This document shows positions 9,394 to 19,553 of a stretch of 64,000 nt of DNA, one piece after another (positions within the stretch are counted from its first letter, which is position 1; every line of letters starts with the position of its first letter). The stretch lies in assembly GCA_903865745.1 (NCBI GenBank), contig CAIPKV010000001.1, forward strand, positions 41,992 through 105,991, given 5' to 3'. The notes below the pieces were generated by a model. It saw nothing but the letters and a program-made list of their open reading frames with translations. It was not told the origin of the DNA and ran no database searches. Both the position numbers and the translations under genes were made by a program. This DNA comes from an uncultured Verrucomicrobia subdivision 3 bacterium (GTDB lineage Bacteria; Verrucomicrobiota; Verrucomicrobiia; Limisphaerales; UBA11358).

Positions 9394-11274
9394 TTGAATA
9401 TGGAAGACATCCAACATTCAATATTTAGCTGCGAAGGCCGTAGGTTTGCTAGCTTGCGAACAACTGGTAATCGGATGTTGGTGGGGAAGTCTTCTCGGTT
9501 CATTGTTACTGTTTCAATTTTATTTTCGCTGGTCGCGTTATTAGAAGGATACGCTCAGACGCCACCTCAGATTTCGGCGCAAGTCGCCGCGCAGATGATT
9601 ATGCGTCCGCAACCGGCGGTGGATAGTTCACAATTGGAAGCCGTTTCTGCGAAGGTAGAATTTGATCCACCTACCGTAAGCCTGGGTCAAAAATCTTTTT
9701 ACCGTGTTACTATTAACGCAACAGAAAATTCAATCCACTGGCCCAATGAGATTTGTCTGCCGCCGGAATTACTTCCTGGTCTTACTGCGCGCGGGCAGCT
9801 CACGCAGCCGGATGGCGTGCCGTTCCATCCGCTCACCGAATTTATCTACTCGGTCACGCCGACGGCTGCGGGGCGACACACAGTCTCAAACTATTTGGTA
9901 TCGGTGGGTGGAAGCAGCGTGGAAATTCCATCTGCAGACCTCGAAGTAGTCGCGGCAACAACCAATTTGCCGTCGCCACGGATACTCGCACTAGAACTTT
10001 CGGCGACAAATGTTTTTCTCGGCCAACCTTTCCGCGTACAAGTGTTGCTCCCAGCGGGAGCGGGTAATCAGATTGAAGCTCTCCGGGACATTCAACTCAG
10101 TGGTGGCGGATTGATGATTGACAAGACAGCACTGAGTCAGTCTATCGACGTCGCCAATATCAATGGCCAGCTTAAACAGTCGTTTATATGCGAATTAAAA
10201 GTCACACCCATTGCGATGGGCCCGCAGGAATTTTTTGCTCAAGGATTCACTGCCGGGCGAGAATTCAGCGGACCAATCACCATGCACGGCCAGTTGACAA
10301 TTCCCGGTGGACCTGCGAAATACGTACTGCTGGTCTCCGAACCAGTGAAAATAAACGTGCGCCCGCTGCCAATTGATAGCGAACCACCCGGGTTCACGGG
10401 CACAATGGGGACATTTTTCAGCGACCCGCCACAGTTGTCCACCAACCGACTTCACTTGGGCGAGCCAATTCACCTGAAAATTATGTTCCACGGCAAGGGT
10501 GACCTAACGCGCTTTGTAGCGCCCGCACCACCCCGTTCACATGACTGGCAAATTATCGCGGATTATCCGCCCAACACGGGCTTCACACTTATTCCGCAGA
10601 CCGACGAGACGCAATCCACGCCGGCCATCCCCTTCAGTGGTTTTGACCCAATAGCGGGGAAATATTATGACCTGTCGATTCCACCGCTGCCCGTCACGGT
10701 GATTGGGGAAGGTCTCCCGACAGAGTTGCCCACGTTTGACGACGATGGCAAATCCACCGTGCCGGTGAAGTTAAGTAACCTAGCGCCGCTGCCCGGAAAA
10801 ACTGCCACCAGTCTGAAGCCGTTGCAATTGCAAGGCTGGTTTGTTTGTTTGCAACTGGTACCGATAATTGGATTTATCGCGCTATGGCGATGGGATAATC
10901 GGCGGCGTTTTTTGGAGGCACACCCGGAAATTGTCCGCCGACGCCAGGCACTGCGAGCATTGCGGCGGGAAAGATTGAAATTGCAAAAGGCTTTAGATGC
11001 TGGCGACGCCGATGCATTTGTACGACACGCAGCGGACGCGCTGTGTATCGCGGTTGCGCCACATTATCCGGCCAATCCACAGGCACTAGTCTGCGCCGAC
11101 GTTTTGGCACAACTGGATGGTAAAGAACAAAATGGCCACCATGGCGAAACCGTGCGAAAGATTTTTGCTGCCGCGGACACGCGGTTCGGAATTTCGATGC
11201 AGACGCAGCCGGATCTGCCCGCACTCCAAGCTGATGTGGAAACCCTGCTACGAATGCTGGAGGAAAAATTGTGA
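9394..11274 (+). CDS. batD: BatD-like protein
   Basis: About 600 aa of beta-rich exported protein with a C-terminal TM helix (WFVCLQLVPIIGFIALW) and a basic tail, in the BatD position of the operon. An alternative start at 9475 (MLVGKSSRF...) gives a cleaner signal peptide. Confidence 0.6.
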   Translation: MNMEDIQHSIFSCEGRRFASLRTTGNRMLVGKSSRFIVTVSILFSLVALLEGYAQTPPQISAQVAAQMIMRPQPAVDSSQLEAVSAKVEFDPPTVSLGQKSFYRVTINATENSIHWPNEICLPPELLPGLTARGQLTQPDGVPFHPLTEFIYSVTPTAAGRHTVSNYLVSVGGSSVEIPSADLEVVAATTNLPSPRILALELSATNVFLGQPFRVQVLLPAGAGNQIEALRDIQLSGGGLMIDKTALSQSIDVANINGQLKQSFICELKVTPIAMGPQEFFAQGFTAGREFSGPITMHGQLTIPGGPAKYVLLVSEPVKINVRPLPIDSEPPGFTGTMGTFFSDPPQLSTNRLHLGEPIHLKIMFHGKGDLTRFVAPAPPRSHDWQIIADYPPNTGFTLIPQTDETQSTPAIPFSGFDPIAGKYYDLSIPPLPVTVIGEGLPTELPTFDDDGKSTVPVKLSNLAPLPGKTATSLKPLQLQGWFVCLQLVPIIGFIALWRWDNRRRFLEAHPEIVRRRQALRALRRERLKLQKALDAGDADAFVRHAADALCIAVAPHYPANPQALVCADVLAQLDGKEQNGHHGETVRKIFAAADTRFGISMQTQPDLPALQADVETLLRMLEEKL

Positions 11275-12005
11275 GTCACCTGCGAATTACAATTACTTTG
11301 TTCGTACTGTTAGTCGCCACCGGTATCACTCACGCGGCAGCAAACAATGTAAGTTTTGAACAGGGAATGGGCTTTGACCACGCTCGACGACTTCCCGAAG
11401 CGGTCGCAGCGTTTAAAAAATCCGCACTGGCGCAGCCGGCAGCTGGCACGCTGGTAAACCTTGGTATCGCCGAATGGCAATGCGGCCACGCGGGCGAGGC
11501 CATTTTGGCGTGGGAACAGGCGCGGTGGATTGACCCGTTTGATTCGCGCGCCAAATCCAATTTGAAATTCGCCCGCGCGGCAGCAAAGGTGGATGAGCCG
11601 CAGTTGAAATGGTTTGAGGTTGCGTCTCTGTGGTTACCGCCGGACGCGTGGGTTTGGCTTGCCGGTACAAGTTTGTGTCTGACGGTGGGGGCACTTACTT
11701 TACCACGTTTTTTCCGGTGGCGGAAAACTGGCTGGCAGCAGGCATTGGCGGCGGTGGGACTGGGAATTTTTCTGACCAGCATGACGACAAACATTGGCGT
11801 CGTGAGCCGCACCACACTAGGCTTCGTCCTCAAACGTAATGCACCACTGCTGCTCACGCCGACGCACACCGGCGAAATGATTTCAACCTTGAATGCGGGT
11901 GAGTCGGCACGCTGGTTGCGGACGCGGGGAGATTATAATCTCATCCGCACTGCGAACGGAGCGGGTTGGATCGCGCGGGACGAGTTCGGGCTGGTGAACA
12001 AATAA
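11271..12005 (+). CDS. BatE-like protein (TPR plus TM helices plus a C-terminal SH3b-like domain)
   Basis: Signal peptide, a TPR-like segment (AVAAFKKSALAQP..GEAILAWEQARWIDP), TM helices and a C-terminal region GESARWLRTRGDYNLIRTANGAGWIARDEF. It overlaps batD by 4 nt. Confidence 0.55.
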   Translation: MSHLRITITLFVLLVATGITHAAANNVSFEQGMGFDHARRLPEAVAAFKKSALAQPAAGTLVNLGIAEWQCGHAGEAILAWEQARWIDPFDSRAKSNLKFARAAAKVDEPQLKWFEVASLWLPPDAWVWLAGTSLCLTVGALTLPRFFRWRKTGWQQALAAVGLGIFLTSMTTNIGVVSRTTLGFVLKRNAPLLLTPTHTGEMISTLNAGESARWLRTRGDYNLIRTANGAGWIARDEFGLVNK

Positions 12006-12036
12006 CGATGGAGCGATGCCATATTTGTAACTTTTT

Positions 12037-13485
12037 TTGTCGTCACACCCTCTGCCAATGAGTTATACCAACGACCACTATTCCATGAGCAAAAAAACAT
12101 CCAGCGGCATTAGCCGCCGTCATTTCATAACCACCACAGCTGCCGGCATTGTGCTACCGCTAATTCTACCTGGTTGCGCAACCGGTTCCGCTCGGCGTCC
12201 ACGCCCGTCCAACCGTATTAATCTAGGCGTCATCGGCTGGGGCATGCAGGGACCGGGTAACACCAAATCTTTTTTAGGGCTGGAAGACTGCCAGGTAGTT
12301 GCCGCGTGCGACCTCGACAAAAACCATCTAGCCAGCGCCGTTGGCACCATCAACGATCATTACGAGAACCAAGATTGCAAGGCCTATCACGATTATCGGG
12401 AATTGCTTGCCAGCAGCGACATTGATGCCGTCATGATTGCGGTGCCGGATCACTGGCATGAATTGGTTGCCACGGAAGCCGCGCGTAACAAAAAGGATAT
12501 TTACGGTGAAAAGCCGCTGGCCAAGACCATTGCCGAGCAGCAATCCATCGTCCGCGCTGTGAAACGCAACCATGTCATTTGGCAGACCGGTTCGTGGCAA
12601 CGCTCGCAGGCGGTTTTTCGCAAGGCCTCTGAAATCGTCCGCAACGGCCTCATCGGCAAGGTCACTCATGTCGAAGTAGGGTTGCCGAGTGGACACGGTG
12701 ATTTTGGCGGCGGCGGCAAGGAGCTAATGAATACGCTTGGACAAAAGGCTGGCACCGAATATCTGACCACGGTCCTACCGGGCTCACCCGACTGGGACAA
12801 GTCCGTGACAGCGCCGCCTCCCGAGTTAGATTTTGAAACGTGGATCGGGCCGTCCAAGATGGAGCCCTACATCAAGGCCCGTGTTCACATGGACTGGCGC
12901 TGGAACTACAACACCGGCGGCGGCCAGTTGCTGGACTGGGTTGGCCACCATGTGGACATCGCGCATTGGGGTTTGGGCTTTGACAATTCCGGTCCCTCCG
13001 AAATCGAAGGCCACGGTGAATTTCCCAACCCCAAAGCCCTATGGAACACCTGCGGCAAATACCGCATTGAACTCAAGTATCCGGAGGACATTACCATGAC
13101 CGTTGCCGGTGGTTACGACGACATAAAAGGCGGCACGAAATGGATTGGCACCGACGGCTGGGTCTGGGTGACCCGCGGTGGCTTTGACGCCTCCAATCCG
13201 GAATGGAAAAAAGGCAAATCACTGCCCGAAGCCTTGCGCAAGGTGAAACTGTACGAATCGTCCAACCACCAGCGCAATTTCATCGACTGCGTCAAGTCGC
13301 GTCAGCCAACTGTTACGCCCGTTCAGACCGCACATCACTCCGCCCTCCCCGGCCATCTTGGACTAATCTCCATGCTCACCGGCCGGAAGCTCAAGTGGGA
13401 CGTGGCGAGCGAAACCATCCACGACGATCCCGAAGCCACCAAGCTCATGAGCCGCACCTACCGTGCGCCGTATCAGATGAGCTGA
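12037..13485 (+). CDS. Tat-exported Gfo/Idh/MocA-family oxidoreductase
   Basis: Twin-arginine motif SRRHFITTTAAG. Rossmann region INLGVIGWGMQG...DAVMIAVPDHWH...IYGEKP. Confidence 0.85.
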   Translation: MSSHPLPMSYTNDHYSMSKKTSSGISRRHFITTTAAGIVLPLILPGCATGSARRPRPSNRINLGVIGWGMQGPGNTKSFLGLEDCQVVAACDLDKNHLASAVGTINDHYENQDCKAYHDYRELLASSDIDAVMIAVPDHWHELVATEAARNKKDIYGEKPLAKTIAEQQSIVRAVKRNHVIWQTGSWQRSQAVFRKASEIVRNGLIGKVTHVEVGLPSGHGDFGGGGKELMNTLGQKAGTEYLTTVLPGSPDWDKSVTAPPPELDFETWIGPSKMEPYIKARVHMDWRWNYNTGGGQLLDWVGHHVDIAHWGLGFDNSGPSEIEGHGEFPNPKALWNTCGKYRIELKYPEDITMTVAGGYDDIKGGTKWIGTDGWVWVTRGGFDASNPEWKKGKSLPEALRKVKLYESSNHQRNFIDCVKSRQPTVTPVQTAHHSALPGHLGLISMLTGRKLKWDVASETIHDDPEATKLMSRTYRAPYQMS

Positions 13486-13505
13486 AATCCAACGAACTAA
13501 TTCAG

Positions 13506-13545
13506 GCCGCCGTTGTTTCCTTGGAAGCAACGGCGGCTTTGTTTT
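13506..13545 (+). terminator. Rho-independent terminator
   Basis: GCCGCCGTTGTTTCC / GGAAGCAACGGCGGC stem with one mismatch, followed by TTTGTTTT. Confidence 0.6.
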
Positions 13546-13607
13546 CGACCGAAATTCCCGCTCGCCAAGTTCACGCGTTTTTGCGAGCCTGATTCACTGA
13601 ATTAACT

Positions 13608-14486
13608 ATGTTCACCGGCACTTACACCGCGATTGTCACCCCGTTTAAGAATGGTCAGTTAGATGAAGCCGCCCTCGCGCGCCTTATCAAATTCCAGATC
13701 CAGGGCGGCGTGGAAGGCATCGTGCCCGTCGGCACCACCGGCGAATCGCCCACGGTGGATTTTGACGAACACGTCCGCATCATCGAACTCGTGGTCAAAC
13801 TCGCCGCCGGCAAAGTCAAGGTGCTCGCCGGCACCGGTGCCAATTCCACCAGCGAAGCCATCGGCCTCACCATCGCCGCCGAGAAAGCCGGCGCGGACGG
13901 CTCGTTACAAGTCGCGCCGTATTACAACAAGCCCACGCCGGAAGGTTTGTATCAACATTTTAAAGCCATCGCGAACAACACCAAGCTGCCCATCATTCTT
14001 TATAGCATTCCCGGGCGCTGCGGCATTGAAATCGCCGTGCCCACCGTAAAACGTCTCGCTGCCGACTGCAAAAACATCATTGGCATCAAGGAAGCCGGCG
14101 GCAATGCCGACCGCGTTTCCCAGCTCCGCGCCGCGCTCGGCGCGAAGTTCGAGATTTTGTCCGGTGACGATTCCCTGACGCTGCCCTTCATGGCCGTTGG
14201 TGCGCAGGGCGTCATCAGCGTCGCCTCCAATGTCGCGCCCCGCGAAGTCGCAAACATGGTGCGCGCCTTTGCTGCCGGCGAAGTGAAGAAGGCGTTGAAC
14301 ATCCATCAAAAGCTGTATCCGCTGTTCAAAGATTTGTTTATCGAAACCAATCCGGTTCCCGTCAAAGCCGCGCTCGCGATGCTAGGCTTGATTGACGAAG
14401 AATACCGCCTGCCGCTCGTGCAAATGAGTGCCGCCAACCGCGCCACCCTCAAGGCCGCGCTGAAGGCCTCGGGCGTAATGAAATGA
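13608..14486 (+). CDS. dapA: 4-hydroxy-tetrahydrodipicolinate synthase
   Basis: TAIVTPF...GIVPVGTTGESPT...PYYNKPT...IGIKEA: canonical DapA motifs. Confidence 0.95.
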   Translation: MFTGTYTAIVTPFKNGQLDEAALARLIKFQIQGGVEGIVPVGTTGESPTVDFDEHVRIIELVVKLAAGKVKVLAGTGANSTSEAIGLTIAAEKAGADGSLQVAPYYNKPTPEGLYQHFKAIANNTKLPIILYSIPGRCGIEIAVPTVKRLAADCKNIIGIKEAGGNADRVSQLRAALGAKFEILSGDDSLTLPFMAVGAQGVISVASNVAPREVANMVRAFAAGEVKKALNIHQKLYPLFKDLFIETNPVPVKAALAMLGLIDEEYRLPLVQMSAANRATLKAALKASGVMK

Positions 14487-14494
14487 ATCCCATT

Positions 14495-14579
14495 AACGCA
14501 AAGTCGCAAAGCGGCAAAGGCGCAGAGTTTTATGGGCAAATAAATTCTTTGAGTCTTAGTGTCTTAGCGTCTTTGCGTT
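14495..14579. repeat. Intergenic inverted repeat built from tandem 8-mers (CGCAAAGN x4 facing CTTAGNGT x3)
   Basis: AACGCAAAGTCGCAAAGCGGCAAAGGCGCAGAG ... CTTTGAGTCTTAGTGTCTTAGCGTCTTTGCGTT. The outer 9 bp are perfectly complementary. Confidence 0.6.
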
Positions 14580-14586
14580 AAAAGTT

Positions 14587-15321
14587 ATGACAAAAATCAT
14601 CATCACTGGCAGTAAGGGCCGCATGGGGCAGGCGCTGATCAGTTGCGCCGCGCGCATTCCCGAGCTCCAAGTCGTCGGCACAATTGACCAGGGCGACGAA
14701 CTCGCCGCAATCATCGGCATGGCCGATGTCGTGATTGATTTCAGTTTCCATAGCGCCACGCTGGGTGTCGCCGAACTGTGCGCCAAAAACAAGAAAGCCA
14801 TCGTCATCGGCACCACCGGCCATAGCGCGGAAGAGAAAAATAAAATCATCGCGCTCAAGACGCAGATTCCCATGGTGATCGCCACCAATTTCTCCACCGG
14901 CGTCAACACGCTGTTCTGGCTTACGCGCAAGGCGGCGGAAATCCTTGGCCCGGCCTTCGACCTCGAAGTCGTCGAGATGCATCATCGGCTCAAGAAGGAC
15001 GCGCCCAGCGGAACCGCCACCACGCTGCTCGAAATCCTCGCCGACGTCCGCAAGCTTCAACTTGAGGAAGCGTTGCGCCACGGACGCCACGGCATCGTCG
15101 GTGAACGCACGCCCAACGAAATCGGCATCCACGCCCTCCGGGGCGGCGACGTCGTAGGCGATCACACGGTCATTTTTGCCAACAATGGCGAGCGCGTTGA
15201 ACTCACGCACAAAGCCTCTAGCCGCGACACCTTTGCGAACGGCGCCCTCCGCGCTGCACAATGGCTGGTGCAGCAAAAGCCCGGCCTCTACGACATGCAA
15301 GACGTGCTTGGGCTGAAGTAG
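14587..15321 (+). CDS. dapB: 4-hydroxy-tetrahydrodipicolinate reductase
   Basis: IIITGSKGRMGQ...VIDFS...EMHHRLKKDAPSGTA...RGGDVVGDHTV: canonical DapB motifs. Confidence 0.95.
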   Translation: MTKIIITGSKGRMGQALISCAARIPELQVVGTIDQGDELAAIIGMADVVIDFSFHSATLGVAELCAKNKKAIVIGTTGHSAEEKNKIIALKTQIPMVIATNFSTGVNTLFWLTRKAAEILGPAFDLEVVEMHHRLKKDAPSGTATTLLEILADVRKLQLEEALRHGRHGIVGERTPNEIGIHALRGGDVVGDHTVIFANNGERVELTHKASSRDTFANGALRAAQWLVQQKPGLYDMQDVLGLK

Positions 15322-15407
15322 TTTTAAGTTTTGGATTTTGAATTTTGAGTTGGTCGGCCATCGAACTTGCCCCGTGAACTCAACTCTCAACTCACAACTC
15401 TCAACAC
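15321..15407. repeat. Inverted tandem-oligomer repeat between dapB and folK
   Basis: GTTTTAAGTTTTGGATTTTGAATTTTGAGTTG ... CAACTCTCAACTCACAACTCTCAACAC. It has the same architecture as the repeat at 14495-14579 but uses a different oligomer. Confidence 0.5.
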
Positions 15408-15925
15408 TGGCTTACATCGCACTCGGCTCCAACCTAGGTGATTCACGCTTAATTCTTTTGGAGGCACTGGCGCAGCTGCAACAGTTTTCGGACGCGCCCC
15501 TCTTGAAATCATCTCTCTGGCAAACGTCGCCGGTAGATTGTCCGCCGGGCTCGCCAAAGTTTCTCAATGCCATGGCCGCCTTGAGCCCGCGCGCCGGTGA
15601 GACGCCGGAATCATTGCTGGAGAAGTTGCAAGCCTTGGAAAAGGAATTTGGCCGGCAAGTTAAGACGATTCTTAATGAGCCGCGCCCGCTGGACTTGGAT
15701 TTAATCACTTTCGGGCAAGAAAGGCGGCCGGCCGCGCCACAGCCGAGCACAGGTGGGAACTCACCAAACTTGATTATACCCCACCCGCGCGCCCACACCC
15801 GGAGATTTGTCCTGCAGCCATTAAGCGAAATCGCGCCGGACCTGATTCTGCCCGGCCAGAGTCAAACCGTCGCGCAATTGCTCGCCACCTTGGATGATTC
15901 CGAAAGCTGCACGGCATTGACTTGA
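15338..15925 (+). CDS. folK: 2-amino-4-hydroxy-6-hydroxymethyldihydropteridine pyrophosphokinase (HPPK)
   Basis: AYIALGSNLGD...SSLWQTSPV...RPLDLDLI...IPHPRAHTRRFVLQPL. The true start may be the GTG at 15374, because the first ~20 codons lie in low-complexity repeat DNA. Confidence 0.85.
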   Translation: MNFELVGHRTCPVNSTLNSQLSTLAYIALGSNLGDSRLILLEALAQLQQFSDAPLLKSSLWQTSPVDCPPGSPKFLNAMAALSPRAGETPESLLEKLQALEKEFGRQVKTILNEPRPLDLDLITFGQERRPAAPQPSTGGNSPNLIIPHPRAHTRRFVLQPLSEIAPDLILPGQSQTVAQLLATLDDSESCTALT

Positions 15926-15948
15926 TTGCGCCAAAAAAAAACCAGAGA

Positions 15949-16332
15949 ATGACTGCCATGAATTTGAATGCGTTAAAAGAGAGCCGCTCCCTCCCGCTTT
16001 TTTGCGCGCTCCTGGCGCTGGCCGCCAGTGGATGCGCCTGGCTGCCGCAAGCACCCCATTCCACCAAGCCGGCGACCACCGCACCGGCGGCAATTGTCAC
16101 GCCGGACTATTCGCTTGCAGCCAAGGTAGTTTCCGTCAACCTCGTCGGCCGGTTTGTGGTATTGAGTTGCCCGGCCAGTCAGATGCCGAAAATGGACCAG
16201 ACACTTTTCCTTTATCGTGCCGGCTTGAAGGTGGCCGAGGTCCGCATCACCGGACCGCAGCAGGATAGCGACATTGTCGCCGACCTTGTTTCCGGCGAGG
16301 CGCAGATAGGCGACACCGTGCGCGACCAATAA
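15949..16332 (+). CDS. Small lipoprotein, function unknown
   Basis: Lipobox LALAASGC after MTAMNLNALKESRSLPLFCAL. The tracked ORF begins at TTG 15922; the ATG at 15949 is in frame. Confidence 0.5.
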   Translation: MTAMNLNALKESRSLPLFCALLALAASGCAWLPQAPHSTKPATTAPAAIVTPDYSLAAKVVSVNLVGRFVVLSCPASQMPKMDQTLFLYRAGLKVAEVRITGPQQDSDIVADLVSGEAQIGDTVRDQ

Positions 16333-17046
16333 TTACTCCGCACCTTCCGTCGGGCGGCGAAAGCTGCTCAATCGCTCACCAAACAGCGCGGTACCCACGC
16401 GCACCAGCGTGGACCCTTCCTCAATGGCCACCTCGAAGTCGCCGCTCATCCCCATGCTTAAGTGCGGCAGCGGCGCGCCCAAGATGGCTTCGCATTCAAC
16501 CTTCAGTTCGCGCAGCTTTTTAAAATAGGGTCGTGCCTTTTCCGGCACCGGCGTAAACGGCGGTATCGCCATCAGTCCATGGATTTCAATGCGGGGCAAA
16601 GCGTTTAACTCATTAAACTCCGCCAGCAACTGGTCCGGCTTGTAGCCGAACTTGCTTGCTTCACCCGCCACATTTACTTCGATCAAAATTGGCATCGTCT
16701 TGGCCGCCTGCTCCGCACGCTTCGAGATTTCCTGCGCGATGGCCAGCGAATCCACGCCCTGAATCATTTCAAATAATTGCACCGCGTCGCGCACCTTATT
16801 GGATTGCAGATGGCCGATGAATTGCCAGCGCGCCTTGCCGGGGCACAGTGGGATTTTTGCCTTCGCCTCCTGAATCTTATTCTCGCCAAAATCAAGTTGC
16901 CCGCACGCCACTGCCGCACGGATGGTTTCCGGCGGATGCGACTTGGAAACTGCCAGCAGCGTGACGCTGTTGACATCGCGCCCCGCCCGCGCGCACGCGG
17001 CGGCAATCCGTTGTTGAATTAAATCGAGATTTTCAGCGAAACTCAC
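16333..17046 (-). CDS. yggS: YggS-family pyridoxal-phosphate homeostasis protein
   Basis: [11 protein letters not shown] (PLP lysine)...FGENKIQE...[11 protein letters not shown]...LSMGMSGDF...VRVGTALFG. Confidence 0.9.
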   Translation of the reverse strand: MSFAENLDLIQQRIAAACARAGRDVNSVTLLAVSKSHPPETIRAAVACGQLDFGENKIQEAKAKIPLCPGKARWQFIGHLQSNKVRDAVQLFEMIQGVDSLAIAQEISKRAEQAAKTMPILIEVNVAGEASKFGYKPDQLLAEFNELNALPRIEIHGLMAIPPFTPVPEKARPYFKKLRELKVECEAILGAPLPHLSMGMSGDFEVAIEEGSTLVRVGTALFGERLSSFRRPTEGAE

Positions 17047-17057
17047 AGCTTTATTTT

Positions 17058-17199
17058 AGCCACAGATGAAACATAGTTGAAACATAGATTTTCAGACACT
17101 CATTTATCACTAACCGGCTTGAGTTGATTTCCATTCGCGCAAATTAATTAAATTCATGTCCGCGTATTTATCTGTGTGCATCTGTGCCCAACTGTGGCT
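17058..17199. repeat. Intergenic pair of inverted tandem-oligomer arms (CCACAG-ATGAAACATAG type)
   Basis: AGCCACAGATGAAACATAGTTGAAACATAGAT ... about 80 bp ... ATCTGTGTGCATCTGTGCCCAACTGTGGCT. The arm sequence is related to the repeat at 24132-24289. Confidence 0.6.
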
Positions 17200-17211
17200 A
17201 GATTTCCGGGC

Positions 17212-17619
17212 ATGAACTACTGGCTCGTGAAATCCGAACCCGAAGCTTATGCGTGGGCCCAGCTCGTCAAGGACGGTAAAACCGCGTGGACGGGCGTCCG
17301 TAATTTTCAGGCCCGCAACAACCTGCGCGCCATGAAAAAGGGCGACCACGTTTTCTTTTATCATAGCGTGAGCGACAAGCAGGTGGTCGGGCTGGCGCGC
17401 GTGGCGAAGGAATTTTATCCTGACGCAACCGCGACGGAGGGCGACTGGTCCTGTGTGGATTTGGAACCGGTGAAGCCACTGAAGCATCCCGTCACGCTGG
17501 AGATCATCAAGGCGGACGCCATTCTCAAAGAAATGCCGCTGGTCAAGCAATCGCGCCTTTCGGTGACGCCGTTGACGAAAGTGCAAGCGGATCGCTTATT
17601 GAAGCTGGCGGGCGGTTAA
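17212..17619 (+). CDS. EVE (PUA-like) domain protein
   Basis: MNYWLVKSEPEAYAWAQLVKDGKTAWTGVRNFQARNNLRAMKKGDHVFFYHS. The tracked ORF starts at 17176; the ATG at 17212 matches family N-termini. Confidence 0.85.
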   Translation: MNYWLVKSEPEAYAWAQLVKDGKTAWTGVRNFQARNNLRAMKKGDHVFFYHSVSDKQVVGLARVAKEFYPDATATEGDWSCVDLEPVKPLKHPVTLEIIKADAILKEMPLVKQSRLSVTPLTKVQADRLLKLAGG

Positions 17620-18368
17620 GGTTTGGCCGCCGGTTCCGTCCGCAAATAAGGCGCGAGTTCGGGAACCACCCGGCGCAATTCTTCGACCACGATTTTGCCA
17701 AATACCATCCGGCCCGCCGCGTTCAAGTGGGTCGTATCCAAACGGCCGTCTTTCCCCGTGGGATTCAACTTCGCCGTTTCCGCCGGGCCAATCTTTTCGC
17801 AATACTCAACGCTCCGCGCATGCAAATCCACGAGCGGCACATTTTTCTCCGCCGCCAGCTTTATCATCGCTGCCACATACGGCACGAGGCTGGGTGAAAG
17901 TTTACCATCGCCGGACTTATCGAAATTCCGCCGCGTGAGCGAGGTGACCAGCACCGGCTTCGCCCCGATGGCGCGGGCCTCGTCCACATAGCGCGTCAGG
18001 TTCTGGGTATAAGTCGTCGCGGGATCCGTTTCCCGGGCGGGGCCTTTGCCCGGCTCATCATTGTGACCAAATTGAATCAGATAATAATCCCCCTTTAAGG
18101 CCAGCGCCTTGGCCCAGCGGCCTTCGTCTAGAAAACTTTTCGAGCTGCGCCCATTTGCCGCCAGATTGGTGCATTCAACATTACCGGTCAGATATTGCTT
18201 GAAGCCAGCGCCCCAGCCGCCGCCATCGTTGACGGTCGAATCGCCGATCAAAACAATTTTAATTTTATGGGTAGTGGCTGGGGTTGCCTCGCCAGCGGTA
18301 ACAATGACACCCCCGCTTAACCATAACCAACTCACGACACCTACCCAGCAGCACAGTTTTAATTTCAT
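17616..18368 (-). CDS. Secreted SGNH/GDSL hydrolase (rhamnogalacturonan acetylesterase-like)
   Basis: Signal peptide, then VLIGDSTVND (block I Ser), YLIQFGHNDE (block III) and a C-terminal TTHLNAAG (D-x-x-H-like) motif. Confidence 0.8.
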   Translation of the reverse strand: MKLKLCCWVGVVSWLWLSGGVIVTAGEATPATTHKIKIVLIGDSTVNDGGGWGAGFKQYLTGNVECTNLAANGRSSKSFLDEGRWAKALALKGDYYLIQFGHNDEPGKGPARETDPATTYTQNLTRYVDEARAIGAKPVLVTSLTRRNFDKSGDGKLSPSLVPYVAAMIKLAAEKNVPLVDLHARSVEYCEKIGPAETAKLNPTGKDGRLDTTHLNAAGRMVFGKIVVEELRRVVPELAPYLRTEPAAKP

Positions 18369-18392
18369 AAACTTAATCCTAGCAGTTCGCCA

Positions 18393-19421
18393 TCACAGCC
18401 CGTTCAGCACATCAATCAATTGCCGCAGCCGGCCGTAGTCCTTGCGATTAAAGCCGAACGCGATACGCGGCAAATCCAGATGCTGCGTGTCCTCTTGTTC
18501 CTCCGGCGTAGGTGGGATGAGATGAATGGGTTCGCCCTCAATGATATCGGCAAAGTCCTCGTTCATGGCCGCGATGGCCGATGGACTGGGTGCATGCTTG
18601 AGCCGGATGACCAGCTCATCTTTCACCCAGCGCGTCGAATGGAAGTTGCGATAGAAGCGCGTGATGATCTTGACCGCCTCATCCGCGTTGTCAGTGATTT
18701 GGTAGAGGTTCAAATCCTCCGGCGAAATCAAGTGGTCGCGCAGCAGATGTTCGCGGATATGTTTATCCCAGGTTTTCCAGAAAGTGCCGCCCGGCTTGTC
18801 CACCAGCACCAGCGGCATGAGCTGGCTCTTGCCGGTCTGCATCAGCGTCAGCGCCTCGTAACCCTCATCCATCGTGCCAAAACCACCGGGGAACAGCGCA
18901 ATCGCGTCGCTATGCCGGATGAAGATGAGCTTGCGCGTGAAAAAGTATTTGAAGGTAACCAGCTTCTTGTCCTGCAAGATAACGGGGTTGGCGCTCTGCT
19001 CCCACGGCAGGCGGATATTCGCGCCAAAACTATTTTCCACCCCGGCGCCCTCGTGGCCCGCCTGCATGATGCCGCCGCCCGCACCAGTAATGACCATGAA
19101 GCCGGCCGCCGCCATCTTTTTGCCGAATTCGGCCGCCTGCTGATATTCCGGCTTGGTTGAAGCTGTGCGTGCGGAGCCGAAGATGGTCACCTTGCGCTTG
19201 TCCGCATACGGCGCGAAGAGGCGGAAAGCGTAGCGCAACTCACGGACCGTCGTCTGGATGACCCGCACATCGCCGGTCGCCTTCACATCCGTCAGCAGCT
19301 TGAGCGCGTTTTGGATGATGTCGGCAACCTCGGCCTCATTTGCGCCGCCGCCCTTGGCTTGGATTAATTCTTCAATCAATCCCGATACCTTGGGGTCGGC
19401 GTTATTTTTCTTTGGGTTCAC
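18393..19421 (-). CDS. LOG/TIGR00730-family protein with N- and C-terminal extensions
   Basis: VTIFGSAR...ITGAGGGIMQAGHEGA...PGGFGTMDEGYEALTLMQTGK. Confidence 0.85.
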   Translation of the reverse strand: MNPKKNNADPKVSGLIEELIQAKGGGANEAEVADIIQNALKLLTDVKATGDVRVIQTTVRELRYAFRLFAPYADKRKVTIFGSARTASTKPEYQQAAEFGKKMAAAGFMVITGAGGGIMQAGHEGAGVENSFGANIRLPWEQSANPVILQDKKLVTFKYFFTRKLIFIRHSDAIALFPGGFGTMDEGYEALTLMQTGKSQLMPLVLVDKPGGTFWKTWDKHIREHLLRDHLISPEDLNLYQITDNADEAVKIITRFYRNFHSTRWVKDELVIRLKHAPSPSAIAAMNEDFADIIEGEPIHLIPPTPEEQEDTQHLDLPRIAFGFNRKDYGRLRQLIDVLNGL

Positions 19422-19553
19422 ACGCCAAGGATAAGCCCACCGTCGGCAAAGGCAATTCTCATGCGCCGGGACTTAGGCAATGCCATCCTCCGTGACTCAT
19501 TCCAACCAACATTGGCTCCGGCGACGGGTTAAGCGACCCGTTGACCCGCGAGT

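Noticed and set aside
14578-15390. 270-aa minus-strand ORF
   Set aside because: It is fully antisense to dapB, which has canonical motifs.
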